64,000 nt of DNA from Eledone cirrhosa (Eukaryota): NCBI GenBank assembly GCA_964016885.1, contig OZ024750.1, positions 3,968,001 to 4,032,000 of the forward strand, read 5' to 3'. The position numbers were made by a program, and so were the translations under genes. Below, piece by piece: positions 41,193 through 54,795 of the stretch (within the stretch, counting starts at the first letter, position 1; the number at the start of each line of letters is the position of its first letter). A model generated the notes under the pieces. That model did no database searches, was not told the origin of the DNA, and saw only the letters and a list, made by a program, of their open reading frames with translations.

Positions 41193-41287
<95 letters not shown>

Positions 41288-41729
41288 CTTCTCTGGAAGA
41301 AATTGGCTGTGTTCAGAACTGAAGAAAAATGGGCTCTACTATTTTAGATTTGCCAAGAAATACTCTGTCACTATGAGACCTCTACGATTCCACCAAGTAT
41401 TACTGACTCAGCTATACATACAAGACTAAATTGAGGTGAGATGGGGGTGTGGGTTTGTGTTCCAAATGACTCATATAGGTGCAGCTCCGTATTTTTGGAT
41501 CATAGTTTATTGTTTCGTGAATATTTTCTCACGAACTTTAGAGACTTCTGCCAAGTTAAGATCAAAATAGTTCTCTAGATAACTGGATGTGGTCAAGCAA
41601 GTTGGAAAGTGACGAAGTCTCATAAAATTGGAAGCCGAGTCTTTTCAGTTAGACTTGTTTTACAATTGGGAAGCAACGTAAGTAATTCATCTGTACCTGT
41701 GCATGTGAATGTTATGGTGTGTGTGCGTG

Positions 41730-42215
<486 letters not shown>

Positions 42216-42239
42216 CATACACACACACACACACGCACA

Positions 42240-42381
<142 letters not shown>

Positions 42382-42509
42382 GAAAAAGAGAGGAGGATAC
42401 CTGTGTATCTGCACAGCGTTAACCTAATATATCCCCTCCATATACTGTACTGATTGTGTTATTATTTCTGTTTACCTTTTACATATATATATATATATAC
42501 ATATATATA

Positions 42510-42553
<44 letters not shown>

Positions 42554-42609
42554 CACACATACGAACCACGTTTTAAAATAAAGTTGTTCTCTCTGAACTG
42601 CATAAGAAA

Positions 42610-43117
42610 CAACAACAACATCAACAACACCAACAAAAACCACCAACAAAAACCACCAACACCACCACCACCATCAATTTTTCACCACCACCAACACCAC
42701 CAACACCACCACCACCACCACCAATACCACCAACACCACCAACACCACCATCACCACCAACACCACCACCACCGCCAACACCACCAACACCACCAACACC
42801 ACCACCAACAACACCACCACCACAACTACCAACACCACCACCATCAACACCACCACCACCAACACCACCAACACCACCAACACCACCATCACCACCAACA
42901 CCGCCACCACCACCACCACCAACACCACCAACACCACCAACACCACCACCATCAACACCACCACCACAACTACCAACACCACCACCATCAACACCACCAC
43001 CATCAACACCACCATCACCACCAACACCACCAACACCACCACCAACACCACCACCAACATCAACACCACCATCACCACCAACACCATCAACACCAACACC
43101 ACCAACACCACCATCAA
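42610..43117. repeat. (CAC/CAA)n microsatellite
   Basis: Seen directly; source of the His/Gln ORF. Confidence 0.95.
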
Positions 43118-43196
43118 TTTTTCTGTCAACATGGATTAATTACAAAAAAAAACAAAAAAAACAGCTCGTTTGGTTCTATTGAGAAGATAATGTTGG

Positions 43197-44200
43197 TGTC
43201 CCCTGTACCTGTTGCTCAGTTGTTACCAAGGGTCCCCTGTACCTGTTGCTCAGTTGTTACCAAGTGTCCCCTGTACCTGTTGCTCAGTTGTTACCAAGTG
43301 TCCCCTGTACCTGTTGCTCAGTTGTTACCAAGTGTCCCCTGTACCTGTTGCTCAGTTGTTACCAAGTGTCCCCTGTACCTGTTGCTCAGTTGTTACCAAG
43401 TGTCCCCTGTACCTGTTGCTCAGTTGTTACCAAGTGTCCCCTGTACCTGTTGCTCAGTTGTTACCAAGTGTCCCCTGTACCTGTTGCTCAGTTGTTACCA
43501 AGTGTCCCCTGTACCTGTTGCTCAGTTGTTACCAAGTGTCCCCTGTACCTGTTGCTCAGTTGTTACCAAGTGTCCCCTGTACCTGTTGCTCAGTTGTTAC
43601 CAAGTGTCCCCTGTACCTGTTGCTCAGTTGTTACCAAGTGTCCCCTGTACCTGTTGCTCAGTTGTTACCAAGTGTCCCCTGTACCTGTTGCTCAGTTGTT
43701 ACCAAGTGTCCCCTGTACCTGTTGCTCAGTTGTTACCAAGTGTCCCCTGTACCTGTTGCTCAGTTGTTACCAAGGGTCCCCTGTACCTGTTGCTCAGTTG
43801 TTACCAAGTGTCCCCTGTACCTGTTGCTCAGTTGTTACCAAGTGTCCCCTGTACCTGTTGCTCAGTTGTTACCAAGTGTCCCCTGTACCTGTTGCTCAGT
43901 TGTTACCAAGTGTCCCCTGTACCTGTTGCTCAGTTGTTACCAAGTGTCCCCTGTACCTGTTGCTCAGTTGTTACCAAGTGTCCCCTGTACCTGTTGCTCA
44001 GTTGTTACCAAGGGTCCCCTGTACCTGTTGCTCAGTTGTTACCAAGTGTCCCCTGTACCTGTTGCTCAGTTGTTACCAAGTGTCCCCTGTACCTGTTGCT
44101 CAGTTGTTACCAAGGGTCCCCTGTACCTGTTGCTCAGTTGTTACCAAGGGTCCCCTGTACCTGTTGCTCAGTTGTTACCAAGGGTCCCCTGTACCTGTTG
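43197..44200. repeat. 34-bp minisatellite x~29.5, near-perfect
   Basis: Unit gtgtcccctgtacctgttgctcagttgttaccaa, no spacers. Confidence 0.97.
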
Positions 44201-44796
44201 CCGTCTTCGATGCTATAAATCTTTTCAATGTGAATATTCCACGGTGACAGTTTGTGTGGGTTTCTGTTTATTATGTTGGTGTCAACTGTCCCCTGTTGGA
44301 AGGGGAGATCACTTTGGGGTGAAAATGGGTATAGATTTTATTTGGGTCCCAAATAATAGGGGGTGTTGGAAGAAGTGAGGTGGGAATAAGTGGGGGTGGG
44401 GTGAGCGGGGGAGTTGGAATAAACAGGGGGAGGGGGAATAAGTGGAGGAGTTGTGGAATAAAGAGAAGTGGGAGGATAAGTAGAGGAGTTGGAATAAGCA
44501 AGGGGCTGGAATAGAATAAGCACGTGTCGTAAGGGGGAGAGGCCATATTGTGATACGGCGTTTCTTGGGCCATTTTAAAGCCTGGTGGAGCCCACCCTTC
44601 TCCTCTCCAAGTCTGAATACAACAGATTTCTTCCAGTGAAGGAATGAGAGAGAGAGAAGAAGAATCGACCCCAGTATTTGACTGGTACTTTCTTTTTTAT
44701 CGACCTCGAATGGATGAAAGGCAAAGTTGACCTTGGAGGGATTTGAACTCAGAGAACCGAGAACTGAAACGAATACTGCAAAGTATTCTCTCCAAC

Positions 44797-45568
44797 GTTC
44801 TAACGACTCTACCATTCTATCTGATGTTCTAACGACTCTACCATTCTATCTGACGTTCTAACGACTCTACCATTCTATCTGATGTTCTAACGACTCTACC
44901 ATTCTATCTGATGTTCTAACGACTCTACCATTCTATCTGACCTTCTAACGACTCTACCATTCTATCTGACCTTCTAACGACTCTACCATTCTATCTGATG
45001 TTCTAACGACTCTACCATTCTATCTGATGTTCTAACGACTCTACCATTCTATCTGACGTTCTAACGACTCTACCATTCTATCTGATGTTCTAACGACTCT
45101 ACCATTCTATCTGATGTTCTAACGACTCTACCATTCTATCTGACCTTCTAACGACTCTACCATTCTATCTGACCTTCTAACGACTCTACCATTCTATCTG
45201 ACCTTCTAACGACTCTACCATTCTATCTGACGTTCTAACGACTCTACCATTCTATCTGACCTTCTAACGACTCTACCATTCTATCTGACCTTCTAACGAC
45301 TCTACCATTCTATCTGACGTTCTAACGACTCTACCATTCTATCTGACCTTCTAACGACTCTACCATTCTATCTGACCTTCTAACGACTCTACCATTCTAT
45401 CTGACCTTCTAACGACTCTACCATTCTATCTGACCTTCTAACGACTCTACCATTCTATCTGACGTTCTAACGACTCTACCATTCTATCTGACCTTCTAAC
45501 GACTCTACCATTCTATCTGACCTTCTAACAACTCTACCATTCTATCTGATGTTCTAACGACTCTACCA
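44797..45568. repeat. 29-bp minisatellite x~26 amplified from the head of a minus-strand SINE
   Basis: Unit gttctaacgactctaccattctatctgac; SINE body at 44660-44796 and SINE start (ccaattggccgcc) at ~45578. Confidence 0.9.
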
Positions 45569-46477
45569 ATTGGCCGCCTCTTCTGTAGAATAATTCATCT
45601 GAAATTGCAATGTTATGTTTGATGTCATTAAACCCTTTTTGACCGACTCAATCTCAGCTATCTAAATTATTCCTAAATATGAATGTATGTATAGTATATT
45701 TGGCAATACACCATATGTTTAATTAAAAACATTTAGAAGACCATACGCTATCGGTTTTAAAGTAGTGACTATGTCACTTACTTCTTTTCGGCGAAAGAAG
45801 GGAGAGAAGCTAACCCCCTGCTTCCGCCGAAAATTATAGAAGCCGGATTCTTATAGAATTCCAGTAATAATCAGGAGCTGATTATACAGAGCGATTGCCG
45901 GTCCAGCAAAAATTAGGTATTAGGATTGGTGCTCTGAAATAGCGATGTATACATGAATGTATGTATAGTATATTTGGCAATATACCGTATGTTTAATTAA
46001 AAACACTTAGAAGACTATACGTTCGTTAATGTCAACTATATACAACTGTAGTAATCTCAACTGTTTACACGTATGACTTTATTAATTAAACAAGATTATG
46101 ATTCATTTAATGTTAACAAAAATGATAAAATAATAAAGTAATAAATAAAGTAAATGATACAAATATGAATTTAAAAAAAAATAACATTGTAAAAATATAA
46201 ATAATTGTTTCTACTTTCATCCTTACGCGGTCGATAAAATAAAGTACCAGTAATGCACTGGGATCGATTTAATCGCCTTTCCCCCTCCCCCAAAATTGTT
46301 GGCCTTGTGCCTAAAGTAGAAGCCATTATAGGGCGGTGGATTGGCAGTATCGGTAGACGGTCGGACGCCATGCTTTGCAGCATGGAGTTACGGTCCTTTA
46401 CGGTCTAAGTTCAAATCCTACCGACGTTAACTTTACTTTTCATCCTTACGAGATCGATAAAATAAAGTACCAGAAGT

Positions 46478-47118
46478 AATTATTATTCAGTAATAAACTG
46501 GGGTAATTGCTGGCCTTGTGCCAAATGTAGAAATAATTATTATTCAGTAATAAACTGGGGTAATTGCTGGCCTTGTGCCAAATGTAGAAATAATTATTAT
46601 TCAGTAATAAACTGGGGTAATTGCTGGCCTTGTGCCAAATGTAGAAATAATTATTATTCAGTAATAAACTGGGGTAATTGCTGGCCTTGTGCCAAATGTA
46701 GAAATAATTATTATTCAGTAATAAACTGGGGTAATTGCTGGCCTTGTGCCAAATGTAGAAATAATTATTATTCAGTAATAAACTGGGGTAATTGCTGGCC
46801 TTGTGCCAAATGTAGAAATAATTATTATTCAGTAATAAACTGGAGTAATTGCTGGCCTTGTGCCAAATGTAGAAATAATTATTATTCAGTAATAAACTGG
46901 GGTAATTGCTGGCCTTGTGCCAAATGTAGAAATAATTATTATTCAGTAATAAACTGGGGTAATTGCTGGCCTTGTGCCAAATGTAGAAATAATTATTATT
47001 CAGTAATAAACTGGGGTAATTGCTGGCCTTGTGCCAAATGTAGAAATAATTATTATTCAGTAATAAACTGGGGTAATTGCTGGCCTTGTGCCAAATATAG
47101 AAACCATTATTATTATTA
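46478..47118 (+). repeat. 57-bp tandem array x~11 of the SINE 3' end
   Basis: Unit cagtaataaactggggtaattgctggccttgtgccaaatgtagaaataattattatt, directly after the SINE body at 46331-46472. Confidence 0.93.
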
Positions 47119-47861
47119 CTGTAAATAAAAAGTCCACCATATAATAGCTTGTGTGTTTACTGGGATTACTTTACTCTGGATATATCGTCTCTATTAATTC
47201 TGACCACTCCTACTCTAAATAAGCCACCAGGCTGCTGTCTTCTAATTAAGATAAATTATCGTTAAATACCCTTATAAAATTACGAATGACATTTTAAAAA
47301 CAGCCTTATACTTGTCACACATCCATGTGCTAGCTGTCATAGATTTAGATTGCTTAATAAACAGATGACAAACTTCTTATACTCTTGGGTCCCAAATTAT
47401 AGGGGTTGGGAAATATCTAAAACATTAATAAGCGGGTTGAGGGATGGCGGTGATTATTTACGACCTGAAAGTAGGTTTATTTTTCACAGGATGAAAAATA
47501 TTTCTCCTTGTTCTGACGTTGTTGACCCTCCACTGACAAGTTATATACACGCTCACCGTTATTGGAGGCGGAGTTGGCTACCCGCAAGTGCGCGCGAGCC
47601 CCGCGATGTGGAGTGGTTGGCTGTTCCAGCGTGACTCCCTCACCATCCTCTGGGGCAATGTCTTCTCCATCCTGTCTCCAATGAGACCACAAGGTAGACT
47701 GACCCTTAAGTTTCACTTACGGTGGTGGCATGTGGATTAAATTTACTTGCGCCTATAATTCAAGTTACTAAAAACCGTTTATGGACCTGTTATTTTTCTC
47801 TAAAGCATTTTTTTCCAATCCAACCCACCCGTCCCTTCAATCTTTCTAATTTCTCATTCTT

Positions 47862-47897
47862 TCTTCTGATGAAGGACTAGGGTCCGAAACGTTAAGA
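47862..47897 (+). ncRNA. Minimal type I hammerhead ribozyme, family H1
   Basis: UCUU-CUGAUGA-A-GGAC-UAGG-GUCC-GAAAC-GUU^-AAGA. Confidence 0.8.
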
Positions 47898-48145
47898 CTC
47901 TCTTCCTGCTATTTCAAGCGTTAACCTAATATATTCCTTCCATATACTGTACCGATTGTGTTGTTATTTCTGTTTACCTTTTACATACATATATATATAT
48001 ACTGTATATATATATATGTATTTATATATATATATATATACACACAAAGTGCCCCCCCCCCCAATGTATACACACTTCAACAGCATTCTAATAAAAGTGT
48101 GTATACATCTTTAGGACGTCCTGTATATATATATATATATATATA

Positions 48146-48186
<41 letters not shown>

Positions 48187-49837
48187 GTGTGTTTGTGTGC
48201 GCGTAGGTTTATTTGAAATTGTAATTATGTGTCAAATTCAATCAAAATATTTTATTTTTTTACTTAGATTATTTTAAATATTTGTGTTACAATTAAGGAG
48301 TAGGAGGAGGGTGCGGGGGTAGGGTTTAATAACAGAACACTTTAAAATGCTTAAAATATGAAATGTGTTAAATAAATATCATCACAAAACTAGGATGTCC
48401 CATTCCTTGTTGACTCTGTAAACGAAAAGCATATGGCGAAAACAAATAGGGCGTATACAGTGACGTCAGTGTGTGTACGATATTAATAATTGTTTCTACT
48501 TTTAGCACAAGGCCAGCAATTATTTCAGTATATTACTGGTACTTTATTTTATCTACCTCGTAAGGATGAAAGGTAAAGTTAACCCCGACGGGATTTGAAC
48601 TCAGACCGTAATAAGACGTAACTATACTAGAAAACATGGCGTCCAAACCTCTACCGATTACTGCCAATTGATAATAGTAATAATAGTTGAAACTAAATTT
48701 GAATATTTGAAACTAAATTTTCCTACTTAGGCGCTGAGCTGGCCAGCCGCAGGTGTGAGTCTCGCGAGATGGAATGGCTCTTCCAGCTCATCTCCCTTTA
48801 CCATCCTCCTCTGGGGAAACACCTTCTCCATTTTGTCCACCGGGGCTGTGGAGAGGCCAGCGCGTGGGACCCCATCTGCTCATCATATAGAGAGATGAGG
48901 AGGGCGAGAGAGATGGAGGCGATGACAGTGGGAGTTGGGCTCTTCCACGTTCGGACTATATCCTTGTGGTTGTGTTTATCATTTATATAGAAAATTAATA
49001 TTTGAATTAGTTGAGTGAAAACTACTTAGTAATTATGGAATTGTTTTAATTATCTTGTTGCTGGCCGAAGGGTTGATGGATTGGCAGTATCTGCAGAGTG
49101 TCATAAGGTCGTAGGCCCGATTCCTGGACCAGGCGGGGAGTTATGTTCTTGAGAAAAATGCTTTATTTTACTTTGTTCCGTCAGGAGCTGCAACTGGCAG
49201 ATAGTGTCAACAATGGAAATACCAATGAAATATTATTTTCTTGGTCTGATCGGATTATCGGTTCCTGTCTTTTTTTTTACATTTTTTTCCATTTTGCTTG
49301 GTGTTGTAAAAATATCGTCTGTCATTATAACCATGAAACGTGAGAGATTGTCAATGTGATTATATAATATAACTGTTGTACTTCGCCCTGCTAAATTGTC
49401 AAATAGACACAATATCCATTTGATAATTGGAAGAAATGATCCGGCAATGCTACAACTAATCTATAGCTCAATCTTTCTAACACTATTACAAACTGAACAA
49501 TCCAGTTAGGTGATAAAATATTCATATGAATTATTGAAATTAGTTGATGTTTCTTTCAATGTCAACTCAGCTTATATTGCCGTAGAGTTAAGGACTTCGC
49601 TTTGCAGCCAAGTGGTTCATGATACGTGTCACGTTGTCTATTTAACCCACTTGCATTGCACGGCTTTCTAAGCAAACAAACAGACTTTATATCTAAATAT
49701 CACAGTCTCTCCCCTTCTCTGGGAGAAATCAGTTGTGTTCAGACCGGGAGAGGAATGGGCTCCGTCAAGTTTAAAGTACCCAACAAATACCGTGACACAA
49801 TAAAACTCCTACGACTCCACCAGTCTTACATCCTGGT

Positions 49838-49928
<91 letters not shown>

Positions 49929-50741
49929 TGTATATTGATTCAAGACCCCTACGGCTGAGCTCCAGCCGTTTCGACAGCTAGATCCGGACAATTCAGATCT
50001 TATACTCTCATAGAATGACCAATTGAGGTTGATTTTTCAATATAGACTCTGGAAAGAAACAATGCAGTTATTAATAAGAAGAGTTGAAATTAATGTATGC
50101 AAGATTTCACAGCTCTAGCATCACTCCTTCATAGGCTGACCAAGAGATACTCTCATGGAATGACCAAATGAGGTTTATATTTCAACATAGACCCTGGAAA
50201 GAAGCAATATAGATATTAATGAGAAGAGTTGAAATTAATGCATGCAAGATTTCACATCTCTAACATATCAATCCTTCATAGTGAAAGTATGAACCTTTCA
50301 GCTGATATTCGTATATCCTACCCGAAGGGCGGTGGATTGGCAGTATCGGTAGAGGGTCGGACGCCATGCTTTTCAGCATAGAGTTACGGCCCTTTATGAT
50401 CTGAATTCAAACGCCGCCGAGGTTAACTTAGCCTTTCATCCTTACGGGGTCGATAAAATAAAGTACCAGTCACGCACTGGGGTCGATTTAATCGACTTTC
50501 CCCTCCCCCAAAATTGCTAGCCTTGTGCCTATATAAGAAACCATTCGTATACCCGAGAAAACATTGTCTAAGATGGGGTAGGATAAATTTTAGGTAAGTT
50601 CTGAAATATCTAACGGGGTCAGTGTACAACGTAACTTCAGAAAGATAAGGAAACTGGGTCGTGGCTATGTAATTTTTGGAAGGAAGAGTACTACACCATA
50701 TAACAAATATTTACTAGTTTGGGAAACTGGGTTGATGTGAT

Positions 50742-51002
50742 GCTCTCTCTCTCTCACACACACTCTCTCTCACTCTCTCGCACACACAGACACGCTCTCT
50801 CTCACTCTCTCACACACACAGACACGCTCTCTCTCTCTCTCTCTCACACACTCTCTCTCTCACTCTCTCACACACACAGACACGCTCTCTCTCTCTCTCT
50901 CTCTCTCACACACTCTCTCTCTCACTCTCTCTCACACACACACACAGACACGCTCTCTCTCTCTCACACACACTGTCTCTCACTCTCTCACACACACAGA
51001 CA

Positions 51003-51037
<35 letters not shown>

Positions 51038-51198
51038 TCTCTCTCTCACTCTCTCTCACACACACACACAGACACGCTCTCTCTCTCTCTCACACACACA
51101 CTCTCTCTCACTCTCTCGCACACACAGACACGCTCTCTCTCTCTCTCTCACACACACACACAGACACGCTCTCTCTCTCTCACACACACACAGACACG

Positions 51199-51235
<37 letters not shown>

Positions 51236-51418
51236 TGTCTCTCACAAACACACACACACTCTCTCTCTCTCTCTTACACACACACACATACTCTCTCTCT
51301 CTCTCTCTTACACACACACACATACTCTCTCTCTCTCTCTCTTACACACACACACATACTCTCTCTCCCCCCCCCTCTCTCTCTCACACACACATACACA
51401 CACACTCCCTCTCTCTCT
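50742..51418. repeat. Compound (CT)n(CA)n satellite
   Basis: Seen directly. Confidence 0.95.
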
Positions 51419-53182
51419 AGTTATGTTTCCCAGCAGTTATTTGAAGTATCTCTCTAACTGCTACACTACTTTAAGTACTTTAAGGCGGTGAAATGGCAGG
51501 GTGTTCGTATTTAAGTGGGGGAGTTTGAATAAATGGTTGGGTGGTTAAGTGGGGGTGGGGATGAATCGGTAATTTTTCTAGGTTGTCTCTGATGATTCTT
51601 TTTTTTTAAAAACCAGAATTAGTCGTTTAGTTTACATATTGAGACCCTCAACCCATCCTATTTATTTTATAACATATGGGATTTCTAGTCATGTCCTTCT
51701 CTTTTGTCGTGTATAATGTTTTGCTTTGTTATTTTTTTAATGTATAAAGAAAATTAATTGTCGCAGGAATGCTACCACTTAAAATAAAATTTAAGATAGA
51801 TTAGCAGAATTTAATAAGCGGGGGTGGGCGGGTTAGAATAATTCTTGAAAATTAATAAGCGGGGGTGGGGAGACGATTATTCGAGACCCAAGATTAACTG
51901 ATTACGTTTGATGATAAAAATAATTTCTTGAATCGATACAAAGCCATAAATTGATAGTGAAGAAGATTAGTTGATTGATTTAATCCCAATCCCGTGTGGG
52001 ATTTGAACTCAGAACGTGAAGAGACGTGACTATAATAATTGTTTCTACTTTTGGTACAAGGCCAGCAATTATCGCAGTACATTACTGGTACTTTATTTTA
52101 TCGACCCCGTAAGGATGAAAGGCAAAGTTAACATCGGCGGGATTTGAACTCAGACCGTAAAGGGCCGTAACTCTATGCTGCAAAACAGCGTTCGACATAT
52201 GAATGTTCGTGCATTCATGTAGAAACGATCGTAAATATCGTTCAGCTAAAAAAACAACAGATTCTTAATTTATTTTCTTCCCCACTTGTACTTTTTCAAT
52301 AGGTCGTTTACCTTCTCTTTAATGACCTCTCCAATGAATGAATCATTTTATTATTGTTCTACGAAACACGAACATTCTTCCTTATATGATATCATATAAC
52401 CACTATATACATAAGGAAATTGTTAGTATCTAAGAATAAAAAAATTAATAAATAAAGCAAATATCGAAACCTAGATACATTAAACTGCGCCGTATGAATG
52501 AAAAATAATTGAACGGCGCATTTACGTATCTCTATATTGGCAGTATCGGTAGACCGTCGGACATGTTGGGAGGCAATATAGTTACCTCCCTTTACATTCT
52601 GGGTTCAAATCCTGCCGAGATTATAGCTTTACTTTTCATCCTTACAGGGTCGATAAAATAAAGTACCATAACGTACTGGGTTCGATTTAATCAACTTTCC
52701 CTCTTTCCCCAAAATTGCTGGCCTTGTGCCTAAATTGTTATTATTATTAGTACCTCTATCTTTCCACCATATATTTTGGTCGTTTTAGTTGATAAAACGC
52801 CACGTGTATTTCTTTTACTGTGTGTAACAGTTTCGGGGAGATAATTCTTTCAATGTTTAAACTCGCTAAGATATCAGGTCTTTATTTTACATAAATATAT
52901 TTCAAATATATGAATTGAAATACCAGATTAAATATTATTGGGGGGAAAAAAAATGTTATTGATTGCATTGTCATATTATGTAATGTGTGTGTGTGTATAT
53001 ACAATATATATATATATATACACACATATTTATACACACACACACACATTCACACCCAAACACACACATATATATATAATTAGAAATATATATTTAATTA
53101 ATGTTGTTCACTTTCTAATTAAATAGCTCTGTTCTATACATAGAGCACTCTTTTTCTTTTGCTTTTCCTTCGGAATTATCTA

Positions 53183-53224
<42 letters not shown>

Positions 53225-53614
53225 CATATTTTTTTTTTTTTCACAACGTTGGGTAAATAAAAGTGTCGAGTAAATAAACTAAATCAAAGGTAAAACGTAA
53301 AACCAAGACGAAATCAAAATTTTTCATCTAAAAAAAAGAAGGAAAAAATTCTAATATTTAGGAGTTGAGGTAGATACAGTTAATTTAATCAATTTGAGTA
53401 TATTGCTGGTTATAATTTTAAAAGACTAGGATAGATTAAACAAATGACGACTTCGATAAAGAATTGAACTTAAAGCGTGAAAGAATATATCATAAGCCAT
53501 TTATTTAATTGTTTAACACCAGTTATTCCTTGAACGAACAGATTTAGGATCACCCACTTTTAAGACATATTGTATCTAACAAGCACTACGTTCGTTATTT
53601 GATGTGTCATTATA

Positions 53615-53681
<67 letters not shown>

Positions 53682-54439
53682 TGATGTGGTGTGGTTTAAG
53701 GAAGATTTGGTTGCTACTTCTAGCTAGTCGAACGACCACATAAAGGCTTTCTTGCAATTACAGATTTTAGAAGATAAACTAGCCGTCATGTTTTTGATGA
53801 CACGAGTATGAAAATGTAAATATCACTGTGTTTACAATGTTATTTGTCTGCAAACGAATGGTTTACATACTTATACCTCTTTTACCTTGACATATAATAC
53901 CGTCAGTAGTAGTAGCATCGTTGTAAAAGTAGTAGTAATAATGATAATTTTAATAACATTACTAATACTGGGGTAGATAAAGACAAAATAAATCTGTTTA
54001 AGGATTGTTTGTTATGATTTTAGAAACATCCAACACATTACTGAGATTTTTATTTCATCCAATCAACATTGAGTAAACTAGTCATGTGATCGACTACGTA
54101 ATCAACTAACACTACTATCATCATCAGTAATGTATTAAACAAGAGAAGCTTACAGTTGGAAAATATCAACAAAGTATTGTGACCTGGTGGAACTGTCTGC
54201 CTGCTTCTTTGAAAGCAGATTTGTTTCATACTGCTACTATTATTATTAATATTATCGTTGTTGTTATCAGCGAATCAGTTAATAATATTAGCAGCGTGAT
54301 TATCATTTGCAACCGTAAAGCCAAGTTGCTTGCTTGGCTTAAAGCAACGAGATTAACATAAAAGATTTATACTACTAGACGGACAGCAGGGCATCTGTTT
54401 ATAATAATTTTCTATTTAATTTATTATTTGGCTGATTTC

Positions 54440-54447
54440 TATAAAAG
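54440..54447 (+). promoter_or_regulatory. Candidate TATA box (TATAAAAG)
   Basis: Consensus match ~310 bp upstream of the candidate ATG, but in an AT-rich background. Confidence 0.3.
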
Positions 54448-54752
54448 AAAATAATAATATTAATAATAATAATAAACCTTTTAAAACATTCGAAACGAAA
54501 AAAGGAATTTTAATTTTTAATCCAACGAAAGCTTTTTATTTTCTATTTGTAAAAAAAAAAAAAAATTAAATTAAATTAAAATAAAAATAAATAAAAAACG
54601 GAAATAAACTATAAACTACAAAAACGAAAAAAAAAATCAAAAAAACAAAAAAACTCAGCAAAAGTGACAGAAAAAACGACGAAATAAAATAACTGAACTA
54701 TTAAAACAAACATCTACGACAGAAGCTAAAGTAAAAAAAAAACATCGCCACG

Positions 54753-54795
54753 ATGGCAGATAATCAGTTTTCTGAATTGGATGATGATCTTGCCG
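54753..54795 (+). CDS. Probable first coding exon of an unidentified gene (MADNQFSELDDDLA, phase-1 intron)
   Basis: Strong Kozak context GCCACGATGG and CCG|GTAAGT donor; A-rich leader in repeat-poor sequence. Downstream exons not found. Confidence 0.6.

Noticed and set aside
43197-44200. CRISPR-like 34-bp repeat and three long Cys-rich ORFs
   Set aside because: Head-to-tail units with no spacers and no cas genes; ORFs are open only because the unit lacks stop codons.
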